From: Tubiluchus corallicola
Taxonomy: Eukaryota; Animalia; Priapulida
Assembly: GCA_030141605.1 (NCBI GenBank)
Contig: JAQGDQ010000549.1
Coordinates: forward strand, 1 to 60,519
Direction: 5' to 3'
DNA: 60,519 nt
In this document: positions 1-11,794 of the stretch, piece by piece
How the letters are laid out: each line of letters begins with the position of its first letter
Numbering within the stretch: the stretch's first letter is position 1
Translations under genes and position numbers: made by a program
Notes under the pieces: generated by a model
Databases searched by the model: none
Told to the model about the DNA's origin: nothing
Seen by the model: the letters and a program-made list of their open reading frames with translations, nothing else

Positions 1-62
1 CACAAAATTTATCCAAACGGTGATAATTAATGCAGGATTGCAGAGTAACACAGATGGGTTTC

Positions 63-75
63 GTTGCCTAGCAAC
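63..75. promoter_or_regulatory. RFX X-box motif
   Basis: GTTGCCTAGCAAC fits the RFX consensus GTNRCC(N0-3)RGYAAC; function untested. Confidence 0.45.
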
Positions 76-170
76 CGTAGTGGCTAGATTCTGCAAATTC
101 TCGGCATATTTTCTTTGATGGAAACTAGTGTCTCTTTTTTCAATGGACGTCCTCTGTTGATTGTGGTCAT

Positions 171-245
<75 letters not shown>

Positions 246-249
<4 letters not shown>

Positions 250-400
250 TATTATTATAACTGTATTTTATTATATATATTAACGTAAATACATACATAA
301 TATACATTAATATACATAAATTCCCTCTATTTGCAGGGACCAGTAGGAACATTATTATAATAAGTTAGAAAATAATTACAATTATCCCTTTTGATAATTG
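246..400 (-). mobile_element. LINE 3' tail fragment, (TAA)n-tailed family, copy 1
   Basis: Reverse complement of the 3' UTR at about 53221-53360, including CCCTGCAAATAGAGGG and the (TAA)n tail. Confidence 0.75.
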
Positions 401-435
401 TAAGAAAGAGAGAAAGAGAGAGACAGACAGACAGA

Positions 436-509
<74 letters not shown>

Positions 510-545
510 GAGAGGCAGACAGAGAGAGAGAGAGAGAGAGAGAGA

Positions 546-700
546 TTATTATTATTATAACTGTATTTTATTATATATATTAACGTAAATACATACATAA
601 TATACATTAATATACACAAATTCCCTCTATTTGCAGGGACCAGTAGGAACATTATTATAATAAGTTAGAAAATAATTACAATTATCCCTTTTGATAATTG
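546..700 (-). mobile_element. LINE 3' tail fragment, copy 2 (tandem duplicate of 246-400)
   Basis: Near-identical to 246-400 at an offset of exactly 300 bp. Confidence 0.75.
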
Positions 701-732
701 TAAGAAAGAGAGAAAGAGAGAGACAGACAGAC

Positions 733-808
<76 letters not shown>

Positions 809-975
809 GCAGAGAGAGAGAGAGAGAGAAAGAAAGACAGAGAGAGAAAGAGAGAGAGAGACAGAAAGAGAGACAGAGAGAGAGACAGAGAGAGAGAAAG
901 AGGGAGAGACAGAGAGAGAGAAAAAGAGAGAGAGAGGGGGAGAGAGAGAGGGGAGAGAGAGGGGGAGAGAGAGAG

Positions 976-1022
<47 letters not shown>

Positions 1023-1253
1023 AAGAGAGAGGCTTGCGTGCAGTATACCTGTACAGGTGTTCACATGCAACGCCTTGCAAAAGACAAACATTTTGTCATA
1101 CCTGTATAACAGAGTAGACAAATGGCACCAGGTTCCGTCCCATTTATCCATTTCACGTGAAGCATAGCTTCGTGACAAAGTGACTCGTAAACAGTCCTGA
1201 CAAAGCACTACAAAGTGCCACCGCTCAATGTGAAGAAAGTTAATATTACTTAA

Positions 1254-1898
1254 AGGACAAGAAATGGGGTACCTGAAGTAGGTTCCAGAAAAATCTCCTT
1301 AAAAATTATATTACTTTACAGCAAGTTCATGCGTATATCTTACTCGCGTTAAAAGGGATTTTTGTTTCTTTTCATTTTAAATCTCCCGCAATACTGTTCC
1401 GACGGCGCCATTACATGACGTCACTACGCAAACGTAAATCAGAGGAAGAAAAGGAAATGTTAAACTATGACCCAAAAAACTTTCCATGGCAAGTCTATGT
1501 TACTTAGCATTTTGCTTAGACTAATAATTTAAAATGTTTGTGCCAATTGGTAAAATGTCGCTGACTCACCCTCCAGGGTGCGCCACTCACTAGCCAAGAA
1601 CGTATTTTTAATCTTATTGACAAGATACAGTGATTTAAAATTTTACTTAATTAGCAACATGTACGCTACGAATGCTCTGATTATTTTTCAAACTTTACAC
1701 AATGTTATCAAAACTTGTTTCAAACGACCTACCATTAAAATGGCTGCGCCTAACGGTCATCGCGGGAGTTTAAATTTACAAATTTTATACAACATTACTG
1801 CCAACGCAAGCTCTGCATACAAAAGGCAATGTGTAAGTGGTATAAGACTTCAAGACGAATATTTTAAGCATTAGGTAAGTGGAGGGTTTTCTTGTGCT
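1254..1898. mobile_element. Kolobok-type non-autonomous DNA transposon (MITE)
   Basis: TTAA at 1250-1253 and 1899-1902; TIRs AGGACAAGAAA / AGCACAAGAAA (10/11); interior recurs at about 42030-42340. Confidence 0.7.
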
Positions 1899-2206
1899 TT
1901 AATAATTAGGTTAATTAATTTTGCTAATGTTTTAGAATTGAACGAACAACCAAATTTCGAATTTAGTCGAATAATCGAATTTAGCACTCGACTTGCTGTC
2001 TAAACTAACAAATCAGGCTTAAAAGTGGTGCATTTGCGTTTCAGTAACTGTAGTCAGAGAACTCTAAGAATGAAAGTGAGTCTTATTTCGAAATACAAAG
2101 CGTAGAAACTACAGTTTATATTTTAATCTGCAAAAGGTAAAAAATAACCAAAACATATAGACTTTGCAAATACTTCACTCGCTTTTCAGAGCTGGAAAAA
2201 TTGACA

Positions 2207-2562
2207 TCATTATTATCATTATCGTTATCGTTATCGTTATCGTTATCGTTATCGTTATCGTTATGGTTATGGTTATGGTTATGGTTATGGTTATGGTTAT
2301 GGCTATGGTTATGGTTACGGTTACGGTTACGGTTACGGTTATGGTTATGGTTATGGTTATGGTTATGGCTATCGTTATCATTATCGTTATTGTTACCGTT
2401 ACCGTTATCGTTATCGTTACCGTTATCCTTATCGTTATCATTATCATTATCATTATCATTATCATTATCATTATCATTATCATTATCATTATCATTATCA
2501 TTATCATTATCATTATCATTATCATTATCATTATCATTATCATTATCATTATCATTATCATT
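2207..2562. repeat. Compound hexanucleotide microsatellite (TTATCG/TTATGG/TTACGG/TTATCA)n
   Basis: Directly visible; explains the low-complexity ORFs here. Confidence 0.95.
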
Positions 2563-3131
2563 GTGGTCCTTGTTATTTATTTATTTTATTCTCACCAAAT
2601 AGTAAAATACTGTCTATAATAAAGCATTATAAAAATATTATATAAAACACATTGGCAAAAAACATATTTGAGTATTTACAAGGGCGTAGCAAAGATTAAC
2701 TACTCGCGTGTGTCCATTGTTTACAAGGAATTTATGCAAGTTAACTTTATATAAGCGGCTTTTAAATAACTTTAACGCGGGTTATTATCGTTATCGTCAC
2801 GTAATCGTCACGTTCAACGTCATAATCATCGCCGTCGTCATCAGCAGCAGCCACCGTCGTCGTCTTTACGAGCTTCCTCAGCTTCATTCGTACAGCCACG
2901 AATGGCTAACAATTCCTTCACTGTACGAATGAACTGACTAATCATCATATCTTTTTGACTCCAGTAAAAGTTCATTACGCTTAGACTGTCTTTAATTCCC
3001 TTTTCTTTTCCTTGTACGGTATATTATTTCATGATTAGATGTGATATACTTATTATCACTTTGATATTTTGGAGTCTTCCGGCGTCTTAGCCTTAGTATT
3101 CAATTAAGTGTAACTATGACATATGACGCGC

Positions 3132-3155
3132 GCTACCTAGCAACCGTTGCTAAAC
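3132..3155. promoter_or_regulatory. RFX X-box-like site plus half-site in the putative ODF2-like promoter
   Basis: GCTACCTAGCAAC (1 mismatch to consensus) then GTTGCTAAAC, about 300 bp upstream of the ATG; RFX regulates ciliary genes. Confidence 0.55.
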
Positions 3156-3436
3156 GTTTATTGTTGTTGACAGAACCCTGATTCTGAAAATCCATTTTGG
3201 AAAGAAGTGTTCCTGTGATGTCTATTTTGTGTGATAAAAGAGCTTCTGAGCTGGGAGAAATAAATCGTTCACACTAGAGGGCACTGGATGTGGCAAGAAT
3301 CGTTGATGCGGACGCTAAGGTGGAATCCATTTTGAGCAAAAACTAAGGGAATCGTTGTATGTGACACGACAAGCATCACAGAAAACTGGAATTGAAGTGC
3401 TGAAGTAACCCCCGATCGAGTGGAAGAGGCTCTGTA

Positions 3437-6400
3437 ATGGTGTTGGCGGCAGGCAAAAATCGTTTCAATACGAGCACGCCACGCACGGGTTCTCCACCCA
3501 GCAGGCCATATACGGCAAGCACCCCACGCGATGGTCCACCACCTGGCAGACCTGCTACTGCTGCAGGAGGCCCACGAAGCGGTCTGAGGGCACCAGCCAC
3601 TCTCAGCCCACCACGGCCGGTAAGAGGCGTTCTCTCAAGACCACCTGGAGACAAACGAGAAAGTCCACTTCGTAGTCCCCCTGGTACCCCAGCCAGTACT
3701 CCTGCGGAAGGTGGCTTGCTTACAAAAAAGACGAAAGATCGCATGCGACCAATTGCCAGTGACCTGCCCCGAATCCCGCGGGGCAAGCAGGAGAAGGCAG
3801 CCCAACAACCCATGCGTGATACACAGTCAGTTGACAGTCCCACACGCAAGAAGGCGCCACAATATCCATCGGCAGTTAGTCTGGCTATTGACAAGAAAGA
3901 AACTAAGGACTCTCCCACCAAAAGACAGCAACAACGTACCAAACGTGAAGCTTCGCCTGGTGATAGACCTGAGAGTCCTTCAAATGTGCCATCAAAAAGC
4001 GTCCCGTCACGCTATAAGGAACGTTCAGTGAGTCCACCTCATGAAAAGTACAGAGATATTAGTCCAGGCAGACAAGCTTATGTGGATTATTTCATGTTTA
4101 ATGGTCCCTGGATACCTCCCCCAGGGAGAACAACAAGGCCATCGCCAAAACATAGTAGATCTCATTCGCCAAACAGGGACCAACCTGCTACAAGTCCCAT
4201 ACCAAAGAAACAACAAGTTAACGTCATTGCTGGTAAAGATAATACTCAAGACACTGCTCAACTGACGAAAGAGAATGGACCTGATGCACGAGACATTTCG
4301 ACGGTAACAAAAAAGAATGACAGTTCGAGTTCAAGTTCTTCGTCAAGAAAGCAGCAGCAGAATCTCAGCCTTGAGACTGGTCCTAATTCACAAAATGTGT
4401 CAAGCATTGATTCTCCAAAACTAGATGATTCTTACTCTGAAGCTGAAAAATCTCTCGAGGAAATGCAATACCATCTGACTTTAACTGAAGCTGAAAATAA
4501 GCGACTGCGATCTACCATGGGACGGCTGAAGGAAGAAGGACCCAAAAGTGACCCTGGGAGACATCGGGACATCTTGTTGAATATGCTTCTGGAAATGGAG
4601 CGCAAAGGAGAGGAACTGTCTAAGCATGCCACACATATACGCGATTTACTAAAAGCAATGGGGCGACAGAAAAAGCCTTCACAAAAAGAGGCAAAGAATT
4701 ACTCAGAACAACGAGATGTTTTAGTGGACAAGCTGATCGATTTCGACAAGGCCAACTGTATCTTAAGGAGGCTCCTTATTGATTACCATGAACGTGTTTC
4801 AACAAATGAAAGGTTACAAGAACAAAGAGACAATCTTACAAAGCGAGTGGAAAGCGTGGAAGAAGAAAAGCAGAAACTCTTGCTGCAGTTGGCAGAACGT
4901 GAAAAGGTTGCTACCGGTACGAGGAGCGAGTTTGATATGCTTCGCGAGGAACATTGCCGCTTGCAGAGTCGCAAGGAGGATTTGGAAGGAATCAAAGCCC
5001 ACTTGCAAAACCAACTACGTAACAAAGAAGCAGAGCTACATCGGTTTATGGTGCATTATAAAACATTGGAAAAAAATTTACAAGAAGAGAAAGCAGCAAA
5101 TGTTCGCTTGCGCCAACAAGACACGACGGCAGAGGAAGCCAGAGCAGACATGAAATCTGAAGAAGCCACAGCTTTGGATCAGGAACCTGGGCCAAAAGAA
5201 GATCAAATGAAAGAACTTGAAGCTGAAAAAGCTGAACTGTTCGATAAACTAAATGAAAGAGACGAGGAATTAAAGAAAACGCAACAACAACTTGAAAAAT
5301 GTAGACTACAATGCAGTGAACTCATTTCTGACAGAAAGCGATTAGAAATGGAATTGGTTACTATTAAAAGTGAGAAAGTGACATCTAGTGAACCCACAAA
5401 CATGAACCAAAGTAACAGTTCCTCTACAAAAGAAGAAGTTGTCAGTGTCAAAGAAGTTTTGCCTGCCAAATTTACAGTTCCTGCATATGCCAAAGACTTT
5501 CATGCTCATTCAAGTGATATCAATGGTCTGCGGGTAGAAAACGAACGGCTCAGGTGCACGTTACAAATATGTGAACAAACCAGAGCTGAATTGGACCACG
5601 ATTTGTCAACGCTGCGTTCTAAACTGTGTCAGGTCGAAGACGAGCTGCAGTGTCAGAGAGAGAAGGTCAATTCGTCTCGTCGAGAAATTGAAGAGAAAAA
5701 CAGCCAGCTGACGTATCAAGAACAAGAGCAAGGCCGTCTGAAGCAGCATGCCGAAAGCGAAGTGGAAAAAACACGCAATCGTCTGCAATCCAAAATCGGA
5801 GAGCTTGAGCCACTAGCAGATATGTTACAGATGGCGCAGCTGAAGATGCAAGAGTCGCAATCTCGCTACGAAGCACTCAACCAGCAATGTCAGGAGAAGA
5901 TGAAAGAGTTGAACGACATGAAGGTGACCACAGAACGACTGACCCAACAGCTGCAATTTGCACAGGAGAGGCAGAGGGCAGCAGAGGAGCACCAACTGGC
6001 GTCACGTGATCAATTGGAAGCCTTGCAAGCGCAGCTGGTCGAACTCAATGCCGAGAATAAGGACATAAAGAACGAACTCGGTAGATGGCAACTAACTGCC
6101 CACGAGCTGCAGACCACGTTGGACAGCACGACTCGCGACAATAACTGTATGGCTCAAAAGTTGGACGCTGCTTTGGCCGACGTCCGCAAGACCACCGAAC
6201 GGGCTCAGGATAAGTCGTCCGGAAAGGAACGAATGCTGCAGAAGAGGTTGCTGGACTTGGAGACCGAACTCAGTCGCACCAAGACCGAATACCTGACCTT
6301 GAAGGCGGCAAAAGACGAGGCGGAAAGAACCATGATGTCACGTCTTTCCGAACTGCAAGACAAATATGAAATGGTCAGTTCGGACAGCAGGAGTAAGGTC

Positions 6401-6532
6401 AACTATGTTAACTTCCTGAAATCGGGTTATGCAAGCATCTTCCAGGATCCTTCCGCTAGTAGTAATAACCTCATTGCACCGAAGAAGCACGATTCCGCAT
6501 CCGCTGTTATTTATCCTTCTAAATTTCTTTGA
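3437..6532 (+). CDS. ODF2: Outer dense fiber protein 2 / cenexin-like coiled-coil protein, single coding exon, 1031 aa
   Basis: Uninterrupted ORF. Pro/Ser/Arg-rich N-terminus with PWIPPPGR (ODF2 family W.PPGK-like motif), a long coiled coil, ELEPLADMLQ, and C-terminal RSKVNYVNFLKSGYASIFQD resembling the vertebrate cenexin end RSMQNYVQFLKSSYANVFGD (recalled). Confidence 0.85.
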   Translation: MVLAAGKNRFNTSTPRTGSPPSRPYTASTPRDGPPPGRPATAAGGPRSGLRAPATLSPPRPVRGVLSRPPGDKRESPLRSPPGTPASTPAEGGLLTKKTKDRMRPIASDLPRIPRGKQEKAAQQPMRDTQSVDSPTRKKAPQYPSAVSLAIDKKETKDSPTKRQQQRTKREASPGDRPESPSNVPSKSVPSRYKERSVSPPHEKYRDISPGRQAYVDYFMFNGPWIPPPGRTTRPSPKHSRSHSPNRDQPATSPIPKKQQVNVIAGKDNTQDTAQLTKENGPDARDISTVTKKNDSSSSSSSSRKQQQNLSLETGPNSQNVSSIDSPKLDDSYSEAEKSLEEMQYHLTLTEAENKRLRSTMGRLKEEGPKSDPGRHRDILLNMLLEMERKGEELSKHATHIRDLLKAMGRQKKPSQKEAKNYSEQRDVLVDKLIDFDKANCILRRLLIDYHERVSTNERLQEQRDNLTKRVESVEEEKQKLLLQLAEREKVATGTRSEFDMLREEHCRLQSRKEDLEGIKAHLQNQLRNKEAELHRFMVHYKTLEKNLQEEKAANVRLRQQDTTAEEARADMKSEEATALDQEPGPKEDQMKELEAEKAELFDKLNERDEELKKTQQQLEKCRLQCSELISDRKRLEMELVTIKSEKVTSSEPTNMNQSNSSSTKEEVVSVKEVLPAKFTVPAYAKDFHAHSSDINGLRVENERLRCTLQICEQTRAELDHDLSTLRSKLCQVEDELQCQREKVNSSRREIEEKNSQLTYQEQEQGRLKQHAESEVEKTRNRLQSKIGELEPLADMLQMAQLKMQESQSRYEALNQQCQEKMKELNDMKVTTERLTQQLQFAQERQRAAEEHQLASRDQLEALQAQLVELNAENKDIKNELGRWQLTAHELQTTLDSTTRDNNCMAQKLDAALADVRKTTERAQDKSSGKERMLQKRLLDLETELSRTKTEYLTLKAAKDEAERTMMSRLSELQDKYEMVSSDSRSKVNYVNFLKSGYASIFQDPSASSNNLIAPKKHDSASAVIYPSKFL

Positions 6533-6608
6533 TTCCTCATTTTTGCTTTCTAGATCTTTACGTCAACTGGTCTTCTTGTAGCATTCATCAACATTGTTTG
6601 TTAATTCA

Positions 6609-6640
6609 AATAAAATTTGACAATTTTTTCGGAAAATAAA
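6609..6640 (+). terminator. Polyadenylation signals of the ODF2-like gene
   Basis: AATAAA at 6609-6614 and 6635-6640, about 80-100 nt after the stop, followed by an A-rich tract. Confidence 0.55.
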
Positions 6641-7473
6641 AACTTATGCTAAGGAAAAATAAAGGAAAAATAGTTTATTGACCAACAACACAATACAATA
6701 TACAAGACAATGTACTTAAACAATCACACATCGCTCAGAACATCCCAACATTTGGGTATAATCGTCATAATTATAATCGTCATAATTATAATCGCCATTA
6801 ATTATCACTATAATTATCATCATAGTAATAATGATATCCGTCAGGCATCACCAATTTTTTGGTATTAATTTTTTTCATTCAAAAATTTATTGGAGCTTGT
6901 TGCACTATAGGATTCTCCGATGTCCCTTGTGAATTGAAATTGTGATTTCGAATATAAAACTAAAGCGTTACGATATTAAACACCTCATAATGTTAAGGGT
7001 TGTATGTAATACAGTCTAGGGGTGATCGTTTTCTATTCGAGTGCCTTGAAAATGCACTTTATAGATCACTGCACGCGTTAAATTATAGTAATATTGCAAA
7101 TTTGTTTGATGGAGAATTAATGTCAATTGGAAATTTCATTTACGACTGTATGCATAGATTTGTGAATTAAATAGTATAGCTTTGTTAGCAGACATGTAAC
7201 CGCATCACTGTGATTATCATATTGGTAAAATATTTGTTTATTACATGTGTACAAATGCTTAGTAAATAGTTTTTTCGCTTCATAGAGTTTACAACTAAAT
7301 TTGTATACCTGTGTATATACCTTGTGCAGCTATGTTGAGTCAAATTGGTAGTATGATCTGGAAATCATTACCCGAGCTCAGCCCGCTGATAAAACCATCA
7401 GGTATGCGTCGAGTTTGTAATTGCGTGTTGGAAATTTGATTTTCAGAAATAAAATATCTATCTATCTATTTAA

Positions 7474-7818
7474 AAAGCGAATTCGAATCTAATCGAATTC
7501 TTGACTTTCAAACTCGAATCAAACAGAATTTCAAAATTTCGGATCCGAGTCGAATTAGTTATTAAAAACGTTCGAATCGCTAATGGAAAGCAGCATGGCA
7601 AAGAATAATGTATATTGCTTGCTTTTGTTCTGCAGTGGAAACATTAATATTTGTTAAAAAAATTTGCACAGAAATTGCAGCTAAATTGCGCTGATTGCAT
7701 TTCGTTTCAAATATTTTAATGTAGTTGGACTATTCGATTCCGTAATTTTACGTTCGAATCGAATTTCAATAAAAAAAACTCGTTCGAATCGAACTCGAAG
7801 GTTCCATGCTCACGCCCA
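7474..7818 (-). mobile_element. hAT-type MITE, truncated inverted copy of 36437-36815
   Basis: TTCGAA-rich subterminal repeats; right end ATGCTCACGCCCA resembles the family TIR; interior is similar to the reverse complement of 36437-36790. Confidence 0.7.
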
Positions 7819-7959
7819 GTGCAGCCTTTTCAAGAAGCAATATTACTGGCAGTTGCCTTAGACTTTAATGTTGGACTGTGTTTGAGTTCCACGAGTTTTA
7901 CGACTTTTAGTTATAGTAAAAAAACTCACCTTCGAGCAACATTCACTGAATACACTTAA

Positions 7960-8070
7960 AGAAAGACCGGATGATTTTTTGTCACAAACTAACACATCTG
8001 AACTGAGAGGCACAGCACCTGTTTTTCGTGCAATGCGTTTACGAAATGCAGGCCCTAGTGCCTGTCTTAT
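7960..8070. mobile_element. Kolobok-type MITE end fragment
   Basis: TTAA+AGAAAGACCGGATGATT; the following bases are similar to the reverse complement of about 28860-28935 and 10100-10170. Confidence 0.55.
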
Positions 8071-8416
8071 GTTTATGTGATAATAATTCTGTGATAATAA
8101 TGAAATTATGTTTGTGTGGTAAAAATTCTTTCACGCAAGTCATTTTTTGAACAAAATAGTATGTTTTCTTTCAATGTTTTAAAGAGGAAATTGTTTTGAT
8201 TTACACAGTTTAAAATTGCGTTAAATGATTCGCTTCAAAACAAATCGATAATTTTCTGGCAAAATATCGATACACTATTGTGCAAAAATACGCTATTACG
8301 TAACGCTAGAATATACGCTAACAAACATAAAAAATTGTTTTTTTTTGGTGAGCCAGACACGTTTTTTTTAAATAATAGCATGGTGAACCAGTGACGTCAT
8401 CCCACCAGTTACATAT

Positions 8417-9083
8417 AGTTTAAACATAATTTATTATAGGATTGGATCAGACAGTTTGAACAACAGACTTTATACACTATTTACAAAAACATTTACAGTA
8501 AGAATAGACTATACCTACACAAGCTGATAAGTTTTACTACAAGATTACATTTGACATTAGTAACATTTACAGTAAGAATTGACTACAACTACACAAGCTG
8601 ACAAGTTTTACTACAAGATTACATTAGACATTAGTAGAAAATGACGGTTAGAAAATATTAATGTACGAATATTTAAGAGTGATGCATTTCATATCAGATA
8701 GAAACTACTGGAAGCGTTTAGTACGTAATATAAAGTCATGTATGCATTGGAATATTTTACAGTTAGCAACATAGTTAAATTCATCTTTTCCGAATAATAA
8801 CAACTTCAACAGATCATTAGTTCCTGAGTCAGCTATATTAAGGTTTTCGGGCAGAAGTATTTCATTTAGTTTATCAAACATAACAACCCTAGTTTGTTGA
8901 TAACCTGGGCAGTGCAACAAAAAGTGTTCAACAGACTCAAATCGAAATCCACAGTTACAATTCGGCAATATCGGATGACCGTTATTATCTTTACAGCCTT
9001 TAGAGAAAGGGTCATAGTTTAGCTGAGAAAATCCGATTCTCATGCGCGTATGATGCACTGAAATTGGAGGTTTAACAAAACTA
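8417..9083 (-). mobile_element. CR1-group LINE 3' fragment (ORF2 C-terminal zinc finger plus 3' UTR)
   Basis: ORF 8705-9058 encodes HTRMRIGFSQL...CNCGFRFESVEHFLLHC; ends AATAAATTATGTTTAAACT; five related segments elsewhere in the window. Confidence 0.85.
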
Positions 9084-9242
9084 CTTCAGAATCAGAGGAA
9101 TTTAGAATATGCATCTTGAAGGGGTGCTTCGTCGCTTTTGCTGAACATTGCCGTGAGACAGTGGCTTGGAATTGTTAGTTCACTGCCTCTTCACGCGAAG
9201 ATCTTCAACAGTGAATGCCTTCAAGGAAAATAAACGTGTTAA

Positions 9243-9783
9243 AGGAAGACCGGACGATTGTTTAGACTCAATCTCATTTTAACTTACTGTCCAAAATATA
9301 CATTTTCTTCTTGCCTATAAAAGTTAGCAAGTTTTTCTTATATTTGAATAATTAGCTTAGAAAGTTAATTAACGGCAACCGAACGCAGCTATTGCTTACG
9401 TCAGAAACTAACTACAGTTTGTGCAATGGTAGGCATCTTCCCTGCGCGTCAAGCACATGTGCATGGGTGTTACAGTACTGATTAAATGCGAAAATGGCCT
9501 CTACGTCATATGACGTCAGAAACTAACACAGTAGTTCATGATCATGGTTATTACGGTAACGTCTTCTATTTGTCAGCCACACGCATTTGACAAAAAGGCA
9601 CCGCTGCCAGTCTTTAGTAGATTCACTGAGCCGAGCGTAGCTTTGAAATTTTAACAAAATTTGAGTAACGGAGGTAATTATTATTTAATCTGAGCTTTGA
9701 TTTAAAAAAAGCTATTGTAGTTTTCTATATTTTAGAGCATTCTCTATTCTAAACTAATGTTTACACAATCATCTGGTTTTCCT
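9243..9783. mobile_element. Kolobok-type MITE, 541 bp
   Basis: TTAA at 9239-9242 and 9784-9787; TIRs AGGAAGACCGGACGATTG / AGGAAAACCAGATGATTG (15/18). Confidence 0.8.
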
Positions 9784-10014
9784 TTAAGAATGCTCAGTTC
9801 ACATTATTGAGGTTGGATATTATTGCCTTCTTTACACGTTTCTGTACGTGGTTCTGCTATTTTTGCAAATCTTAGTCATCTAGCCATCTTAATCTTCGGA
9901 TCTTGACTTTTCAATTCCATTAAATTTCTTTTGTTCTGGTGCATAAATCTTCAATTTTGTTTATGTATGATTATCTTATCTTTAAAACTTTCCTAAGAAG
10001 ACCTATGAAATGAG

Positions 10015-10390
10015 ATACGTGAAAGAATTATTACCACACAAACACAATTTCACGTTCACATCACTAGGTCTTCACTTTTACATGCATTAGCTAGTTAGAC
10101 GGGCACTAGCGCCTGCATTTCGGAAAGCTGCACACAAAGAAACAGGTGCTGTACCTCTCAGTTCAGACCTGTTAATTGAATATCTGAATACACGCTGAAT
10201 ATCTTACAGTTGCACTGCACTTCAATTTTCGCTTTCACAAACACGCGCAAAATGCTCATGGAATATTTTTGCTGTTGAAAATTATGTTAGTTTGTGATGT
10301 CAACAATAGTTGGGCTCAACCACCATTAATTAAGTTTTTAATCTATTATTTAATCATCAGAAACGCTTTTGCAGTATTAATTGTGTTTAA
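10015..10390. mobile_element. Internal fragment of the Kolobok-like family at 28677-29282
   Basis: Colinear similarity with about 28765-29210. Confidence 0.55.
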
Positions 10391-11021
10391 AATGTATAAT
10401 TTCTTTAAATCTAGTATAAATGTACAAAATTGCATCATCGCTAGTAGAGTAAGTCGCTCATAATTCTATATTCTAAACTTTTTTCATGGTAATTTTCGAT
10501 TCATATGAGGAATTGTAATCATCTTATGTGATTAAGTTATGACTGTAAGTGGTAGACGAGTGTTTGTGAGAGCAGATTTCGAAGATTACTCCTATTGCTT
10601 CGCAAAACCGGATAATTTGCTCTCTAGTTAGAAAAACCGAATTACGGAAAATCAATTGTTATTTTTCCGCCTCTTTCACGTATTCCTCCTCACGGGGCGC
10701 ATTGCCAAAACAAAGGCCACCATCTGATTCGGAGCACTCCATTCCCCAATCAAAACAGCCCTCCCACTTGAAGTTCCAGCTCCCCCACTCAAGTTTCGCC
10801 GGCGAAATTAGACCCTCGGGCGATTAATATATTTCTCTGCTCTCAACGGGTATTGTACGTTTGTTTGTTAATTATTTTAGATCTAAGCTTGTTACAAGTG
10901 GGCCCCGTTGATGGAGGGCCAAACTCACCCATCGCTACACTCGAGGAGGTCGCTCCATCTGTTCGTGTTTCGTGTCGCCCCCTAGAGAGAGACACGTCAT
11001 GCGGTACCATACTTCAGTATA

Positions 11022-11794
11022 CTAAATGAAATATTGCTGCCCGAAAACCTTAATATAGCTACCTTGGGAACTAATGATCTGTTGAAATTGTTATTGTTCA
11101 GAAAAGATGAATTTAACTATGTTGCTAACTGTAAAATATTCTAATGCATACATGACTTTATATTACGTACTAAACGCTTCCGGTAGTTTCTATCCGATAT
11201 GAAATGCATCAGTCTTAAATATTCGTACATTAATATTTTCTAACCGTCATTTTCTACTAATGTCTAATGTAATCTTGTAGTAAAACTAGTCAGCTTGTGT
11301 AGTTATAGTCTATTCTTACTGTAAATGTTACTAATGTCTAATGTAATATAGTAGTAAAACTTGTCAGCTTGTGTAGTTATATAGTCAATTCTTGCTGTAA
11401 ATGTTACTAATGTCTAATGTAATCTTGTAATAAAACTTGTCAGCTTATATAGTTATAGTCTATTCTTACTGTAAATGTTACTAATGTCTAATGTAATCTT
11501 GTAGTAAAACTTGTCAGCTTGTGTAGTTATAGTCAATTCTTACTGTAAATGTTACTAATGTCTAATGTAATCTTGTAGTAAAACTTGTCAGCTTGTGTAG
11601 TTATAGTCAATTCTTACTGTAAATGTTACTAATGCTAATGTAATCTTGTAGTAAAACTTGTCAGCTTGCGTAGTTATAGTCAATTCTTACTGTAAATGTT
11701 TTGTAAATAGTGTATGAAGTCTGTTGTGGTGAGGATCCTAAATCATGTTGTTCAAACTGTCTGATCAAATCCTATAATAAATTATGTTTAAACT
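11022..11794 (+). mobile_element. CR1-group LINE 3' fragment with six 74-bp tandem units in its 3' UTR
   Basis: Same family as 8417-9083; units start near 11257, 11331, 11407, 11481, 11555 and 11629; direct repeat TTCAGTATA at 11013 and 11797 (TSD). Confidence 0.85.

Larger units (their letters stand above)
168..1030. repeat. (GA)n/(GACA)n microsatellite complex containing a 300-bp tandem duplication
   Basis: Long AG tracts; the block starting at 246 recurs at 546. Confidence 0.95.

Noticed and set aside
3376-6402. ORFs overlapping the ODF2-like CDS on the other strand or in other frames
   Set aside because: Shadow ORFs of a long coding sequence with no independent signal
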